A stretch of DNA of 64,000 bases, taken from Minisyncoccota bacterium. GTDB lineage: Bacteria > Patescibacteriota > Minisyncoccia > Phycocordibacterales > UBA1006. Where the stretch lies: the NCBI GenBank assembly GCA_022763365.1, contig JALEGN010000017.1:96-64095 (forward strand), in the 5' to 3' direction. Within the stretch, counting starts at the first letter, position 1. Each line of letters begins with the position of its first letter. The notes beneath the pieces are model-generated. The model worked only from the letters and a program-made list of their open reading frames with translations. It was not told where the DNA came from and made no database searches. This document shows, in pieces, positions 26,802-37,010 of the stretch. The translations under genes and the position numbers were made by a program.

Positions 26802-28274
26802 TTAGAGTGATCTGAAAAACTCCTCGGCTATTTCAGCATAGTCTTTTTTTTCTTGTGTCGAAAATTTAGCTGCACGAGATGTGACAAAATGCATACGCCC
26901 ATTTGATTTTAACTCATTAAGATGGTCAATGATAAAGGTCCAATATAATGCATCCCAAGTTTTCGCCCATGGTCCATTACTATAATCACTCATTTTTTTA
27001 ACATAATTAGAGCCACTGATATAGGGTTTCGTTGTCATCAGTCCTTTTTGTGTACTCTGTGTCATACCGTAGATATTAGGCACCATGACCCAATCATAGG
27101 CATCGATATACATTTCCATAAACCAATTATAAATATGATTGGGTTTTATTCGGCATAAAAACATAAAATTACCCATCACCATAAGGCGTTCAATATGATG
27201 CGCATAGGCGGTATCCAGCGTCTTTGAAATAGTCGTATCGACTGGATCAATACCTGTTGTTCCTAAATACCACGAGTCGCTGAGATGTCTGCGGTGATTC
27301 CATTGGTTTTCGGTTCGCATTGATACTCCATGTTCTTCATAGACCATGCGAATAAATTCTCGCCAACCAATAATCTGCCTAATAATACCTTCAGTATTAT
27401 TTATAGGAATATCATTTTCATTTGCGTAATTAATAACTGATTCAATGACCTCCATAGGTAAGAGTAGTCCTATGTTAAGGTAAGGAGAGAGCATACTGTG
27501 ATAAAGCTGAGATTTATCTTTTACAATAGCATCTTCATAATCACCAAAAAGGTGGAGTCGTTCCTTGCAAAAATCACGTAACACCGCTAAGGCTTGTTCA
27601 CGATTGATGGCATATGAAAATGATTTAGTATACCCATAGTTATCAGGAAATTTTTCTTCCACATATTTAATAGCATCTGTTACATAATCATTTGTTCGTG
27701 TTCCTGGGTCATTGGGAATTTCAGGATAATGGCTTTTTGGAACTTTTTTTCGGTTTTCATCATCAAATGACCAACGTCCTCCTGTTGGCTTACCGTCTTC
27801 ATTTATTAAAATATCAAGACGTTTACGCTGCCAGGTATAAAAGTTTTGCATGAAAAGCTTACCATCTTTTAAATACTCCTGATTATCTTCTTTCGAATTT
27901 ATAAAAAGAGGAGAATCAAGGAAGGTGAGATTCTTTTCATCTACTACTCGTTTTAATCGTCTTTTGAGCAAATAATCGGTCGGGTCTACACATATAACTT
28001 TTTCAGCTTTTAGCTCCTTGAGGATATCAACAATTGTTTTTTCTGGATCATATTCAATGTATGTAACTGAAATTCCTTTTCCTTTAAGCTCATCTTTATA
28101 GGCTTGCATACTTGCTCGGTGGAGAACTAATTTTTGTTTGTGAAATTTCAAATGACTATGTTTATCACCAAAAAAAAGACTATCTTCTATAAGATACATC
28201 TCATCACAATTTTCTTCAAAAATCGGATGATTTTGAAAAAGTTGATGGGGAAAGATAAGTCCGATGGTTTTCAT
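26802..28274 (-). CDS. Cryptochrome/photolyase-family protein of the COG3046 type (related to PhrB/CryB proteins). The Fe-S cysteine quartet is not evident.
   Basis: Length and N-terminal MKTIGLIFPHQLF pattern. The adjacent DUF2256 gene is a typical neighbour of this family. Confidence 0.5.
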   Translation of the reverse strand: MKTIGLIFPHQLFQNHPIFEENCDEMYLIEDSLFFGDKHSHLKFHKQKLVLHRASMQAYKDELKGKGISVTYIEYDPEKTIVDILKELKAEKVICVDPTDYLLKRRLKRVVDEKNLTFLDSPLFINSKEDNQEYLKDGKLFMQNFYTWQRKRLDILINEDGKPTGGRWSFDDENRKKVPKSHYPEIPNDPGTRTNDYVTDAIKYVEEKFPDNYGYTKSFSYAINREQALAVLRDFCKERLHLFGDYEDAIVKDKSQLYHSMLSPYLNIGLLLPMEVIESVINYANENDIPINNTEGIIRQIIGWREFIRMVYEEHGVSMRTENQWNHRRHLSDSWYLGTTGIDPVDTTISKTLDTAYAHHIERLMVMGNFMFLCRIKPNHIYNWFMEMYIDAYDWVMVPNIYGMTQSTQKGLMTTKPYISGSNYVKKMSDYSNGPWAKTWDALYWTFIIDHLNELKSNGRMHFVTSRAAKFSTQEKKDYAEIAEEFFRSL

Positions 28275-28327
28275 ATCCTTATTATACGACTTTTTAACTT
28301 TTTTATTACTTTCAAGTATTACATTTA

Positions 28328-28367
28328 AAATAACGTATCAATGTGCTAGTACATTGATACGTTATTT
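28328..28367. repeat. Near-perfect 40-nt palindrome (AAATAACGTATCAATGTG/CTAG/TACATTGATACGTTATTT).
   Basis: 19 of 20 positions are self-complementary. It sits between the crtE stop and the photolyase-family gene start. Confidence 0.8.
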
Positions 28368-28375
28368 TACTTAGT

Positions 28376-29371
28376 TTATAGGGTAAGGAGATCTAAAACT
28401 TCTTGAGCTTTTTGTTTAATATTTTTATGATCTTCTGAAATATCATTAATCATATGTTCACGTTGTTTAAATTCAATTTGATAAGGAGCCACTAAGTCAA
28501 TTTCTTCAAAAATACTTTTTAAAAGTACACGGTTACCTGAGTGCTTTGCCTTAAGAATTTCCTTAAATTTGTCAGGGTGATGTTTTTTAATGTACAGGGT
28601 GACCCAGGTTGTTTGATTTTCCATAATATCACCAAATAATGCCTTTCCACTATTTTCATCGATGCAATCAATAATATCATCACGAATTTGGAATAATAAA
28701 CCGAGTTCTCTAACAATAGGTGTTGTAACTTCTAAATATTTTTCACCTTCATTTTTACTAATCATGCAACCTAAACGAGCCGGTGAAGTAAAGGTGTACC
28801 ATGCTGTTTTTAAATTATGACGAGCTAAAACATCTGATTCAGAAGTACTACCATATTCTTCATTCATTCCTACAACATCCAAAAATTGACCTCGCACGGT
28901 TCTTTGAATCATGGTCATAAATTCCTTAAATACGTGACGAGGTAAATATGATGCATGTTCCATTGATGCTGTCCAAAATACATCTCCTAGTAAGATACCC
29001 AAGTGATCTCCTAGATTTTTATTATTATCAGCAAGTGTCTTTCCAAAGGCGTTAATTGTTGGCACGTTTCTTCTTACTAATGACTCGTCCATAACATCAT
29101 CTTGAAGAAGGGCTGCTAAATGAAATAATTCACTCGCAAGTGTTAGATTACGTAAATTTTCATTGTCTAAATTTTCACCAGAAAAAAAATAAATTAAAAA
29201 AGGACGTATTCTTTTACCTGAATTACAATAATCAAGTAGCGTCTTTTTAATTTGATTATCAAGTTTTGTCGGGTAAAATTCTGATTGTTCTTCTAGGAGT
29301 TCAGTTACTCTTTTTATAAAAATTGGGTTATAGATTTTTTGAAAATGTTTAATTTCTTCTTTCGTGGTCAT
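28376..29371 (-). CDS. crtE: Polyprenyl synthetase, geranylgeranyl diphosphate synthase-like.
   Basis: Two Asp-rich motifs (LLQDDVMDE and FQIRDDIID). Confidence 0.75.
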   Translation of the reverse strand: MTTKEEIKHFQKIYNPIFIKRVTELLEEQSEFYPTKLDNQIKKTLLDYCNSGKRIRPFLIYFFSGENLDNENLRNLTLASELFHLAALLQDDVMDESLVRRNVPTINAFGKTLADNNKNLGDHLGILLGDVFWTASMEHASYLPRHVFKEFMTMIQRTVRGQFLDVVGMNEEYGSTSESDVLARHNLKTAWYTFTSPARLGCMISKNEGEKYLEVTTPIVRELGLLFQIRDDIIDCIDENSGKALFGDIMENQTTWVTLYIKKHHPDKFKEILKAKHSGNRVLLKSIFEEIDLVAPYQIEFKQREHMINDISEDHKNIKQKAQEVLDLLTL

Positions 29372-29395
29372 AAGTTAGGTATAATGATTTAATAT

Positions 29396-30301
29396 ATGAT
29401 TGATTATAACACGTATATGAACTCTCGATATCAAAATGACCTAGCATATACAAAACAATTCATTTTTTCTTTTGGTTCAAATTATGCTCTTGGGGTGCGA
29501 CTTTTTCCAAAAGAAATTCGCGAGGCAACTATTATATTTTATGCCTTTGTACGTTACGCGGATGAGATTGTTGATAATCCAAAGCAAAAAATGCCAGGGC
29601 AAACTCATGTAACTATTGATGAATTTATCAAAGAATGGGAGCTCGTTATAAAAAATGGACCAAACGAAGAAACTCATAAAATCTTACGTTCAAATTATTG
29701 GGTGTTTAAAAAATATAATATTCCTTTCGACTATAGTTTTGATTTTCTTGAAGTTATGAAACAAGATATTACCAAAGAACGATATGAGAGTTACGCAGAA
29801 CTCGAACATTATATGTGGGGTTCAGCATCAGTCATTGGTCACATTATGACCTTTATCGTGGGTTATAGTGATCCAAAATGTTTTGATAATGCCAGAGCCC
29901 TTGGTGAGGCGATGCAATTAGCAAATATCTTACGTGATATCAATGAAGATTATCAGGAAAGAAATAGAATTTATCTACCAACCAAAGACATGTATTTATT
30001 TGGTATAACCGAAGAAATGGTTGCTGAGCAAAAGATGAACCCGCAATTAGAAAATTTTGTTAAACACTATGTAGATCGGACAGAAAAACTATTCACCAAA
30101 GGAATTAAGGGTATTCGATTTTTAAAAAATGGAGGTTTTTCGATTTTCCTGGCGACACGTATTTATCGTCATAATATTAGAATCTTAAAAAAACGAAATT
30201 ATAATATTTTTGATTCAAAGATACGAGTTTCAAAATTAATGAAATTATACTTTCTTATTTCTAATTTTTTTATATATCCAATGTTGTTCTTTAGAAAGTA
30301 A
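29396..30301 (+). CDS. crtB: Phytoene synthase (squalene/phytoene synthase family).
   Basis: YMWGSASVIGHIM and ANILRDINEDYQERNRIYLP motifs. Divergent from crtE with a 24-nt spacer. Confidence 0.75.
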   Translation: MIDYNTYMNSRYQNDLAYTKQFIFSFGSNYALGVRLFPKEIREATIIFYAFVRYADEIVDNPKQKMPGQTHVTIDEFIKEWELVIKNGPNEETHKILRSNYWVFKKYNIPFDYSFDFLEVMKQDITKERYESYAELEHYMWGSASVIGHIMTFIVGYSDPKCFDNARALGEAMQLANILRDINEDYQERNRIYLPTKDMYLFGITEEMVAEQKMNPQLENFVKHYVDRTEKLFTKGIKGIRFLKNGGFSIFLATRIYRHNIRILKKRNYNIFDSKIRVSKLMKLYFLISNFFIYPMLFFRK

Positions 30302-30384
30302 TTTAATCAAAAATAGGTGAGATAAGTTTATAACCAGATTATTCTGGTTTTTCTTTTAACTCATTTTTATCATTACGGTATACT

Positions 30385-31236
30385 ATGACTATGAAATCAA
30401 AACGTTTAATAAATATCTCACGTCCACGATTTTGGATTTATGTTTTAGGTACTTTTATGGTCGGGGTTGTTGCCGCTGGTGACCCACGTTTGTTATCGAC
30501 TGAAATGTTAATAGTCCTTGGTATCCTTTTTCTCTATTTTACCTATCCTGCAAATATTTTGATTTATGGAATTAACGATATTTTTGACTACGAAACGGAT
30601 AAGCATAATCTAAAAAAACTTGAATACGAAGAATTAGTGACTCCTGACAAACACAGATATTTAGCGAGGCATATTATGGTATGGACTTTTTTAGCTGCAG
30701 CTATTAATTTCTTTATTCCGTCATATGCTGCAGTTGCGCTAACTATATTTTTGCTAGCGTCTGTGTATTATTCAGCATCGCCAGTCAGAGCAAAGGCTAA
30801 TCCACCACTGGATATCATTTTTTCTTCAGTTATTTATATATCGCCTGCAGTTGTTGGATTTTTTGCGACTGGTAATACCGATATTTCATGGCTAGGAGTT
30901 GTCGGAGGTTTATTATGGGCATCAGCCATGCAAACCTATTCGGCCGTTCCGGATATCGAAGCTGACACCAAAGGAGGTGTAAAAACCCTTGCAACAGTAT
31001 TAGGAGAGAAAGGCGCACTATGGTTTTGTTTTTTTGCATACTTATCTGCAGCCATTATTGGATATCTACACCTTGGCGTAATCCCACTCTTCCTTGGTTT
31101 GGTTTATTTGGGAATGGTTCTCTATGCGATTATTAAACCAGAAAAATCTTTTTGGATCTATAAAAAATTCCCGTTGGTAAATACAGCATTTGGAATGGTT
31201 TTATTTTTTCTATTAGTCGCTAAGTTTTTAATATGA
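30385..31236 (+). CDS. UbiA-family prenyltransferase. In this context it is possibly a lycopene elongase/hydratase-like enzyme.
   Basis: NDIFDYETDKHN (NDxxDxxxD) motif and multiple TM helices. Adjacent to crtB. Confidence 0.55.
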   Translation: MTMKSKRLINISRPRFWIYVLGTFMVGVVAAGDPRLLSTEMLIVLGILFLYFTYPANILIYGINDIFDYETDKHNLKKLEYEELVTPDKHRYLARHIMVWTFLAAAINFFIPSYAAVALTIFLLASVYYSASPVRAKANPPLDIIFSSVIYISPAVVGFFATGNTDISWLGVVGGLLWASAMQTYSAVPDIEADTKGGVKTLATVLGEKGALWFCFFAYLSAAIIGYLHLGVIPLFLGLVYLGMVLYAIIKPEKSFWIYKKFPLVNTAFGMVLFFLLVAKFLI

Positions 31237-31240
31237 TTAC

Positions 31241-31984
31241 ATGCTAGAGCCAGAAATTTTAGTAGAAGGAAATTTTACAAAAGAGGATATCTCAGTACGA
31301 CTCAATACAAAAAAGTTTACCCTTACTGATGATATTGAAAAAGAAATTGATGATATTTGGAAAGAAAAAATTAAAGAGGCTAAAGAAAACAATTTAAATT
31401 TATATAATGGTACTTCATACAGACTTTTAGATATAAAAAAAGAGAATAATAAACTACACATTGTTTTTCAAGAAATGGAATTTCGACAACGTTTCGGATT
31501 AAGAGAAATTCACAGAAGGCATGGAATACATACTGATTTATATAGAATGGGATGTTTTGTCAGTGCAACTGTAAAAACTGCTGACGGTAAATACCTTATG
31601 GTGAGATTAAGTGGTAAATCAATGAATATGAATACTATTGAGGTACTTGGTGGAATAATGGAAACGAATATTAACCTTGATTCAGATTATATCTTTAAGG
31701 TCGTATCATCTGAATTAAAAGAAGAGATAGGAGTTTTAGAAAAAGAAATAATAAAAAATAATTTAATTGCAGTTTTTCGAGGTGGATATACAAACATTTG
31801 TTTTTATTTTGAGGTTGAACTTTCTATTAACTCAGACGAAGTTAAGCAACGATTCGATAAAAATAGAGATATAGATGTTAGTGGTGTTTTAGTGCTAACT
31901 TTAGATGAGTATAAAGATACTTTGCAGAATCATAATTTAAATAAACAGTTTATTTATAAACTTTTTACCAAAGACCATAAGTAA
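31241..31984 (+). CDS. Hypothetical protein with a degenerate Nudix-like box.
   Basis: SELKEEIGV resembles REUxEEXGU. Confidence 0.25.
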   Translation: MLEPEILVEGNFTKEDISVRLNTKKFTLTDDIEKEIDDIWKEKIKEAKENNLNLYNGTSYRLLDIKKENNKLHIVFQEMEFRQRFGLREIHRRHGIHTDLYRMGCFVSATVKTADGKYLMVRLSGKSMNMNTIEVLGGIMETNINLDSDYIFKVVSSELKEEIGVLEKEIIKNNLIAVFRGGYTNICFYFEVELSINSDEVKQRFDKNRDIDVSGVLVLTLDEYKDTLQNHNLNKQFIYKLFTKDHK

Positions 31985-32050
31985 CTGTGATTTTTTGTTG
32001 TAATTTGATTCCTAAGGCTTATACTTTATTTAAGAAATAATTTAAAAAAT

Positions 32051-32602
32051 ATGGATATACATAAAGAAAAATTAGATGTAATTGACGAGCAAGAGAATAT
32101 TCTTTATCAAGAAACACGAGATAATATACATCAAAAGGGCTTACTCCATCGAGAGATACATGTTTGGCTATATACACCAAGTGGAAATATTATTTTCCAA
32201 AAAAGATCTCCGAATAAGGATACTGCTCCTAATTTACTTGATGCCTCTGTTGGAGGTCATGTTGATATGGGAGAAAAACCTTTAGAGTCAGCATTAAAAG
32301 AAATCCAAGAAGAAGCAGGTATTTTGGTCGATGGAGATGAATTAATTTTTATGGAAAAATCTCGTGTTGATGCAATAGATAGTCAGACAGGTAAGAGGAA
32401 TAATGTAATCCGATATATTTATGCATTGGCATATTTTGGTTCCCTAAAAGAACTTGTTCCAGAAGAGGGTGCAGGAGAAGGTTTTTTCTCATATTCAATC
32501 AATGAACTAGAAAACCTTGATAATAATCAAAGACAAATGTTTATTGGAAAAATGATATCAACTGAAAATATCTTATTATATAAAAAAATAATTAAAAACT
32601 GA
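32051..32602 (+). CDS. Nudix hydrolase. It is not an IPP isomerase: the Cys motif is absent.
   Basis: Nudix box GGHVDMGEKPLESALKEIQEEAGI. Confidence 0.6.
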   Translation: MDIHKEKLDVIDEQENILYQETRDNIHQKGLLHREIHVWLYTPSGNIIFQKRSPNKDTAPNLLDASVGGHVDMGEKPLESALKEIQEEAGILVDGDELIFMEKSRVDAIDSQTGKRNNVIRYIYALAYFGSLKELVPEEGAGEGFFSYSINELENLDNNQRQMFIGKMISTENILLYKKIIKN

Positions 32603-32638
32603 TAATACTGTGTCAGTTTTTTTTGTTACAATAAGTTT

Positions 32639-33022
32639 ATGAAAACAATACTTGTAGATGCAATAAATACTTTTGTGGATAAGGAGAACGGTGTATTTCA
32701 GGAAATGTATGAATTATTGGAAAGTTATCCTAACAAAAAGATTATTGTTACGAATGCTGATGATAATCAAATCAAAAAATTTGGCTTAGATACAATCCCA
32801 TATGAGCTGTTCACAATGAAACATGAACCCAATAAACCTAATCCAAAATATTTTGAAACTCTTTTAAAAAAATATCACTTAGACTCTGATGGTGTCATTT
32901 ATTTTGAACATAATAGAGATGCTACAGAAACAGCACGGTCACTAGGTATCACGACATACTATTATGACCCTATACAAAAAGACTTAAATTCTTTAGAATT
33001 ATTTTTAAATAAAAATCTATAA
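32639..33022 (+). CDS. HAD-like hydrolase domain protein (short or degenerate).
   Basis: C-terminal HAD motif-like region (KPNPKYF … VIYFEHNRDATETARSLGI). Confidence 0.3.
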   Translation: MKTILVDAINTFVDKENGVFQEMYELLESYPNKKIIVTNADDNQIKKFGLDTIPYELFTMKHEPNKPNPKYFETLLKKYHLDSDGVIYFEHNRDATETARSLGITTYYYDPIQKDLNSLELFLNKNL

Positions 33023-33024
33023 TT

Positions 33025-33324
33025 ATGCAAGAATGGACTATTTATGAAATAACAACAGAAAAGAGTATTATTCATGGAATAATGCTCAGAGGTAGAATTA
33101 GGAAATTTGCTCTTGAAAATAATGTTAATTTACTAGCTGAAAATGCGACTGATATTGAAAATGGAGTTCGTTTTGCACTTTATATAGATCAAAAACCAGA
33201 TTTAGTAATTAAATTTATAAAAAATATTATTCCTGATTCAATTATTAATGTAGTTATCGATGAGGTTAAGAATCCTGTATTGTCAAAATTAAAAGTAAAT
33301 AACGAAGATCGCTATACAATATAG
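33025..33324 (+). CDS. Acylphosphatase-like small protein.
   Basis: IHGIMLRGRIRKFA resembles the acylphosphatase signature. Confidence 0.3.
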   Translation: MQEWTIYEITTEKSIIHGIMLRGRIRKFALENNVNLLAENATDIENGVRFALYIDQKPDLVIKFIKNIIPDSIINVVIDEVKNPVLSKLKVNNEDRYTI

Positions 33325-33336
33325 TAAAAACCATCA

Positions 33337-34101
33337 CTAACGTGATAGTTTTTTGCCTGCATCAAACAATCCAAGGAGTAGTATTTTACCTAACACAATC
33401 CCTAAGATTGCAGGTAACCAGAGTCCGTATCCAGCGTTGACTCCGGTCCAGAGAAAGATAGAGAGAAGGAGAGAAAGCGAACTAATCCAAATATATTTTT
33501 GATTAACACCTTCCTTATTCTTAGTAATGAATCGTAATAATACGTAGGCGATGGTTCCAGAGATAACCCAGCCAAAGAAATTCTGTAATGGTACATCAAA
33601 CCACAGTCCTCCATTGGTATATTTCCATAAACCACGAGCTACGGCTCCGGGATCTAAAATAACATCTGTTCCAACAAGGATTCCTAAATAGACGAGGTAT
33701 TGTGACCAGTTTCGTTTAAACCATATTTTTGCTAATAACCATGCACCAATTACCAATGGACTCCATGCGATAAAGACCGTCCATGGTGTTGTTCCAAATA
33801 GTCGATAACCAAAATCACTGGTATATTCAAAAAAAGAATATGGCCAACCGGTATGTATACCAATTGATTCAATTGTGAGGGCAAAAAGACCTAGAAGAAT
33901 GATGGCAAGCACTCCACGTTTTCCATATATCTTATACATTCCATAAAAAGCAGGAAGTGAAATCATCGTGACAGCAATTATTGAACCTGTTTCTATAAAC
34001 ATTTCCTTGGGAATAAAACTCATCCCAACTCCTATGATGAAGAATATGAGAGAAAGAGCGACTAAAACTATTTTCCAGATTTTCATACTTATATAATACA
34101 T
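33337..34101 (-). CDS. Polytopic membrane protein, possibly a carotenoid-modifying enzyme (CruF or lycopene-cyclase-domain-like).
   Basis: About 7 TM helices. The assignment rests on context within the crt cluster only. Confidence 0.25.
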   Translation of the reverse strand: MYYISMKIWKIVLVALSLIFFIIGVGMSFIPKEMFIETGSIIAVTMISLPAFYGMYKIYGKRGVLAIILLGLFALTIESIGIHTGWPYSFFEYTSDFGYRLFGTTPWTVFIAWSPLVIGAWLLAKIWFKRNWSQYLVYLGILVGTDVILDPGAVARGLWKYTNGGLWFDVPLQNFFGWVISGTIAYVLLRFITKNKEGVNQKYIWISSLSLLLSIFLWTGVNAGYGLWLPAILGIVLGKILLLGLFDAGKKLSR

Positions 34102-34158
34102 TAGGTATTAAATTTTGTAATAAAAAAGCCAGAAACGTATCTGACTCTTATTTTTAAG

Positions 34159-34452
34159 TTATTTTCTTGTTTCTAGTAACCTTACTTCTTTTTTAAATTC
34201 ACTATATTCCATCAAATCTTTATTTTCTCTGTTGAAAATAAAATACCATATTCGAAATCTTATTTTGTATAAAATATAAAAGGTAAGTATGAAAGATAAG
34301 GCTGATATTATAAACCCACCTAAAGCATTTATATTTGGGACTAATACTGCTCCAAGAAACATCATTGATAAGATTAAAATTAAAAATAATGAACCAAAAA
34401 TAATGCTTGTAAGCCAGTGAATTTCGTATGTTTTTTGAATTTTCATAATCAA
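34159..34452 (-). CDS. Small two-TM membrane protein.
   Basis: Hydrophobicity only. Confidence 0.3.
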   Translation of the reverse strand: MIMKIQKTYEIHWLTSIIFGSLFLILILSMMFLGAVLVPNINALGGFIISALSFILTFYILYKIRFRIWYFIFNRENKDLMEYSEFKKEVRLLETRK

Positions 34453-34508
34453 AAGTTTTTTAAATTAATTCATATATATAATATAACTTAAATAAATTTT
34501 GTCAATAT

Positions 34509-34535
34509 AAAAAACCAAACATATGTTTGGTTTTT
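34509..34535. terminator. Bidirectional intrinsic terminator.
   Basis: aaaaaaccaaacatatgtttggttttt. Confidence 0.7.
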
Positions 34536-34536
34536 A

Positions 34537-36057
34537 CTAACCATCTAAATCAGTTAGTGGATGTGGATGTGTGATATTTTCAAGTCGCTTGTAGGCAAGT
34601 TCTGCTGAGATCAGACAAATTGGCATTCCAATTCCAGGGTTTGTTCCGGCTCCTACATAATAGAGATTTTTAACCTTTTTGGATTTATTACCCGGACGTA
34701 ATAGCGTTTGTTTGAGAGTGTGTGCCATTCCTAATGCTGTTCCTTTATAAGCATTATAATCACGTCCAAAATCATCTCCCCAATATGATCGTTCGTAGAC
34801 AATTGACTCTTCAAGGTCTGGAAGGTTAAGGTCTTTTTTCATCATGTTAATGACCTTGTCGCGATACTGTTTCTTCATTTCATCGGTCACTGTCATACCT
34901 GCTGCAATTGGTACCAGCATGAATAAAATGTCTTTTCCTTCTGGGGCGATATTTGTATCAGTATGCGTTGGTTTGCATACATAATATGACGGATCTTTTG
35001 GTAGTGATGGTTCGTCAAAGAGTTCTTTGAAATTATCTTTCCAATTTTGAGCGAATCGCAGATTGTGGTGAGTCAGATGTGGTACCTCACGATCAAGCCC
35101 TAGATACATAATGAATGCAGATGGCCCCATAACCGCTTTGTTCCAATATTTTTGAGGGAAGGTTTGATGTTTAGACTCTTTGATTAACTTTGTTTCAGTA
35201 AAATGCAGGTCAGCATTTGAAATAACATAATCTGCATTGATAACCTTTCCACCTTCTAATCTGACTCCGACAGCTGTTTTATTTTCTACAAGGATCTCCG
35301 ATACACCGGTATCTGTCATTATTTTAGTTCCGTGTTTATCATTCATTTTTTTCAATGATTCGATGATCGTATAGATTCCACCTTTGGGATAATACACACC
35401 ATAATGGAAATCAATGAAGTTCATGATGTTATAGAGGGCAGGCGTTTTCTTTGGTTCTGATCCGAGGAATACGAGAGTATATTCAAGAATCTTTTTAACC
35501 CGGTCGTCCTTGAACCATTTATTCAAATATTTTTCCATCGTTTGTAATGGATTCATCCGACGACCTTCTTTCATGATGTCCCATTTAAAGAAGTCTAGAA
35601 CAGAGTCATAGTTTCTGTACATAAATGATTTCTTTGCCAATTTATATTGTTCACCAGAGATTTTTAGATACTTTTTGATTTTATCTGATACACCTGGTTC
35701 GAATTGCTCAAGCGTCTCTAAATCTTTATCAAGATCTGAATGAATATTAACAACAGGGTAATCAGGATCTCCAGGGAAGAAGACTTTGTACGATGGTCCA
35801 AGCTTTACAAGGTTGAGATGTTCATTAATATCTTCTTTCATTAAATCATAGAAATGCTCAAAGACATCTGGCATCAAATACCACGATGGTCCCATGTCAA
35901 AGGTATAACCTTCAGCCGTGAAGATATTAGCGCGTCCTCCAATGCTTTCGTTTTTTTCAATAACCGTGACATCATATCCACGTTTTGAGAGAAGGGCTGC
36001 AGTACCCAATCCTCCAATACCAGCACCGATAATGATAACTTTTTTATTCTGATTCAT
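34537..36057 (-). CDS. crtI: Phytoene desaturase-family FAD-dependent oxidoreductase.
   Basis: IIIGAGIGGLGTAALLSKRGYDVTVIEKNESIGGRA dinucleotide fold, ~500 aa. Confidence 0.75.
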   Translation of the reverse strand: MNQNKKVIIIGAGIGGLGTAALLSKRGYDVTVIEKNESIGGRANIFTAEGYTFDMGPSWYLMPDVFEHFYDLMKEDINEHLNLVKLGPSYKVFFPGDPDYPVVNIHSDLDKDLETLEQFEPGVSDKIKKYLKISGEQYKLAKKSFMYRNYDSVLDFFKWDIMKEGRRMNPLQTMEKYLNKWFKDDRVKKILEYTLVFLGSEPKKTPALYNIMNFIDFHYGVYYPKGGIYTIIESLKKMNDKHGTKIMTDTGVSEILVENKTAVGVRLEGGKVINADYVISNADLHFTETKLIKESKHQTFPQKYWNKAVMGPSAFIMYLGLDREVPHLTHHNLRFAQNWKDNFKELFDEPSLPKDPSYYVCKPTHTDTNIAPEGKDILFMLVPIAAGMTVTDEMKKQYRDKVINMMKKDLNLPDLEESIVYERSYWGDDFGRDYNAYKGTALGMAHTLKQTLLRPGNKSKKVKNLYYVGAGTNPGIGMPICLISAELAYKRLENITHPHPLTDLDG

Positions 36058-36087
36058 GACTGAACTATAGCATGCTAAAATATATGT

Positions 36088-37008
36088 ATGAAGAAAATTA
36101 TTATTACAGGAGGATCGGGTTTTCTAGGAACACAGATTATTAATAAACTTCTTGAAATGGGTGGGTATGAAATAATTATCATGGATTTATTTCCACCACG
36201 AGAAGAAAAAGAAGGTGTGACTTTTTTCAAAAAGGATCTTGGTCATGCCTTTGCAACAAATGTTGATTATTCATTGCTGGAGAACCCATATGCGTATATT
36301 CATCTTGCAGGGAAAAGTATTTTTGGACGATTTACTGAAGAACATAAACAAGCCATTTGGGATTCTCGAGTTGAAGGTTCGAAAAATCTTATCGATTTTA
36401 TTTCGCAGCAACAATATAGACCTGAATCACTTGTCGCTGCTTCTGCCGTTGGTTTTTACGGAGACCAGCCAGGAGAGGTATTGGTAGAATCGTCAGAGCG
36501 TAAAAATTATTACTATTTATCTGATGTAGTTGAGGCTTGGGAAAATGAAAATTTGCGGGCTCAAGAATTTGGTATCAATGTTAGCTGTATTCGTAATGGA
36601 CATATTATTGGTGCTGGAGGAATGTTGGCTGAGGCAGCTAAGACTTTTAAATTTGGAATAGGAGGAATTTTAGGAACTGGCAAGGAACATATGCCATGGA
36701 TTGATATTCGTGATCTTGTAACACTATATATTCAAACGATGAAAGCAGAAGATAGTCCATCAATAATTAATGGTGTTAGTACTCGTAGTCACACTCAAAA
36801 AGACTTTGCGCATGCTATTGGAGCTGTTAAAAATACTAAATTTTACCTGAATATCCATGAATGGATGTTAAATATAAAATTTGGCGAATTCGGGCGAGAA
36901 ATGTTGGTGGACCAACATATATTATCAGAACATTATAAAGATATTCTCTTTTTACCAAAACATACTGATTTGGATGAGGTGGTATCGTATTATCTAAAAC
37001 AAGACTAA
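36088..37008 (+). CDS. NAD-dependent epimerase/dehydratase of the TIGR01777 (YfcH/DUF1731) type.
   Basis: IIITGGSGFLG Rossmann motif and length. Confidence 0.6.
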   Translation: MKKIIITGGSGFLGTQIINKLLEMGGYEIIIMDLFPPREEKEGVTFFKKDLGHAFATNVDYSLLENPYAYIHLAGKSIFGRFTEEHKQAIWDSRVEGSKNLIDFISQQQYRPESLVAASAVGFYGDQPGEVLVESSERKNYYYLSDVVEAWENENLRAQEFGINVSCIRNGHIIGAGGMLAEAAKTFKFGIGGILGTGKEHMPWIDIRDLVTLYIQTMKAEDSPSIINGVSTRSHTQKDFAHAIGAVKNTKFYLNIHEWMLNIKFGEFGREMLVDQHILSEHYKDILFLPKHTDLDEVVSYYLKQD

Positions 37009-37010
37009 CT

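Noticed and set aside
26802-28274. Calling the COG3046 protein an Fe-S bacterial cryptochrome/photolyase (FeS-BCP).
   Set aside because: It has only four scattered Cys residues and no recognisable four-Cys cluster near the C-terminus, so it is kept as a generic photolyase-related family protein.
32051-32602. Possible type 1 isopentenyl-diphosphate isomerase (idi) in the carotenoid cluster.
   Set aside because: The Nudix box is present, but the conserved IDI Cys motif (NxCCxHP) is absent, and the protein contains no cysteine. It is called a generic Nudix hydrolase.
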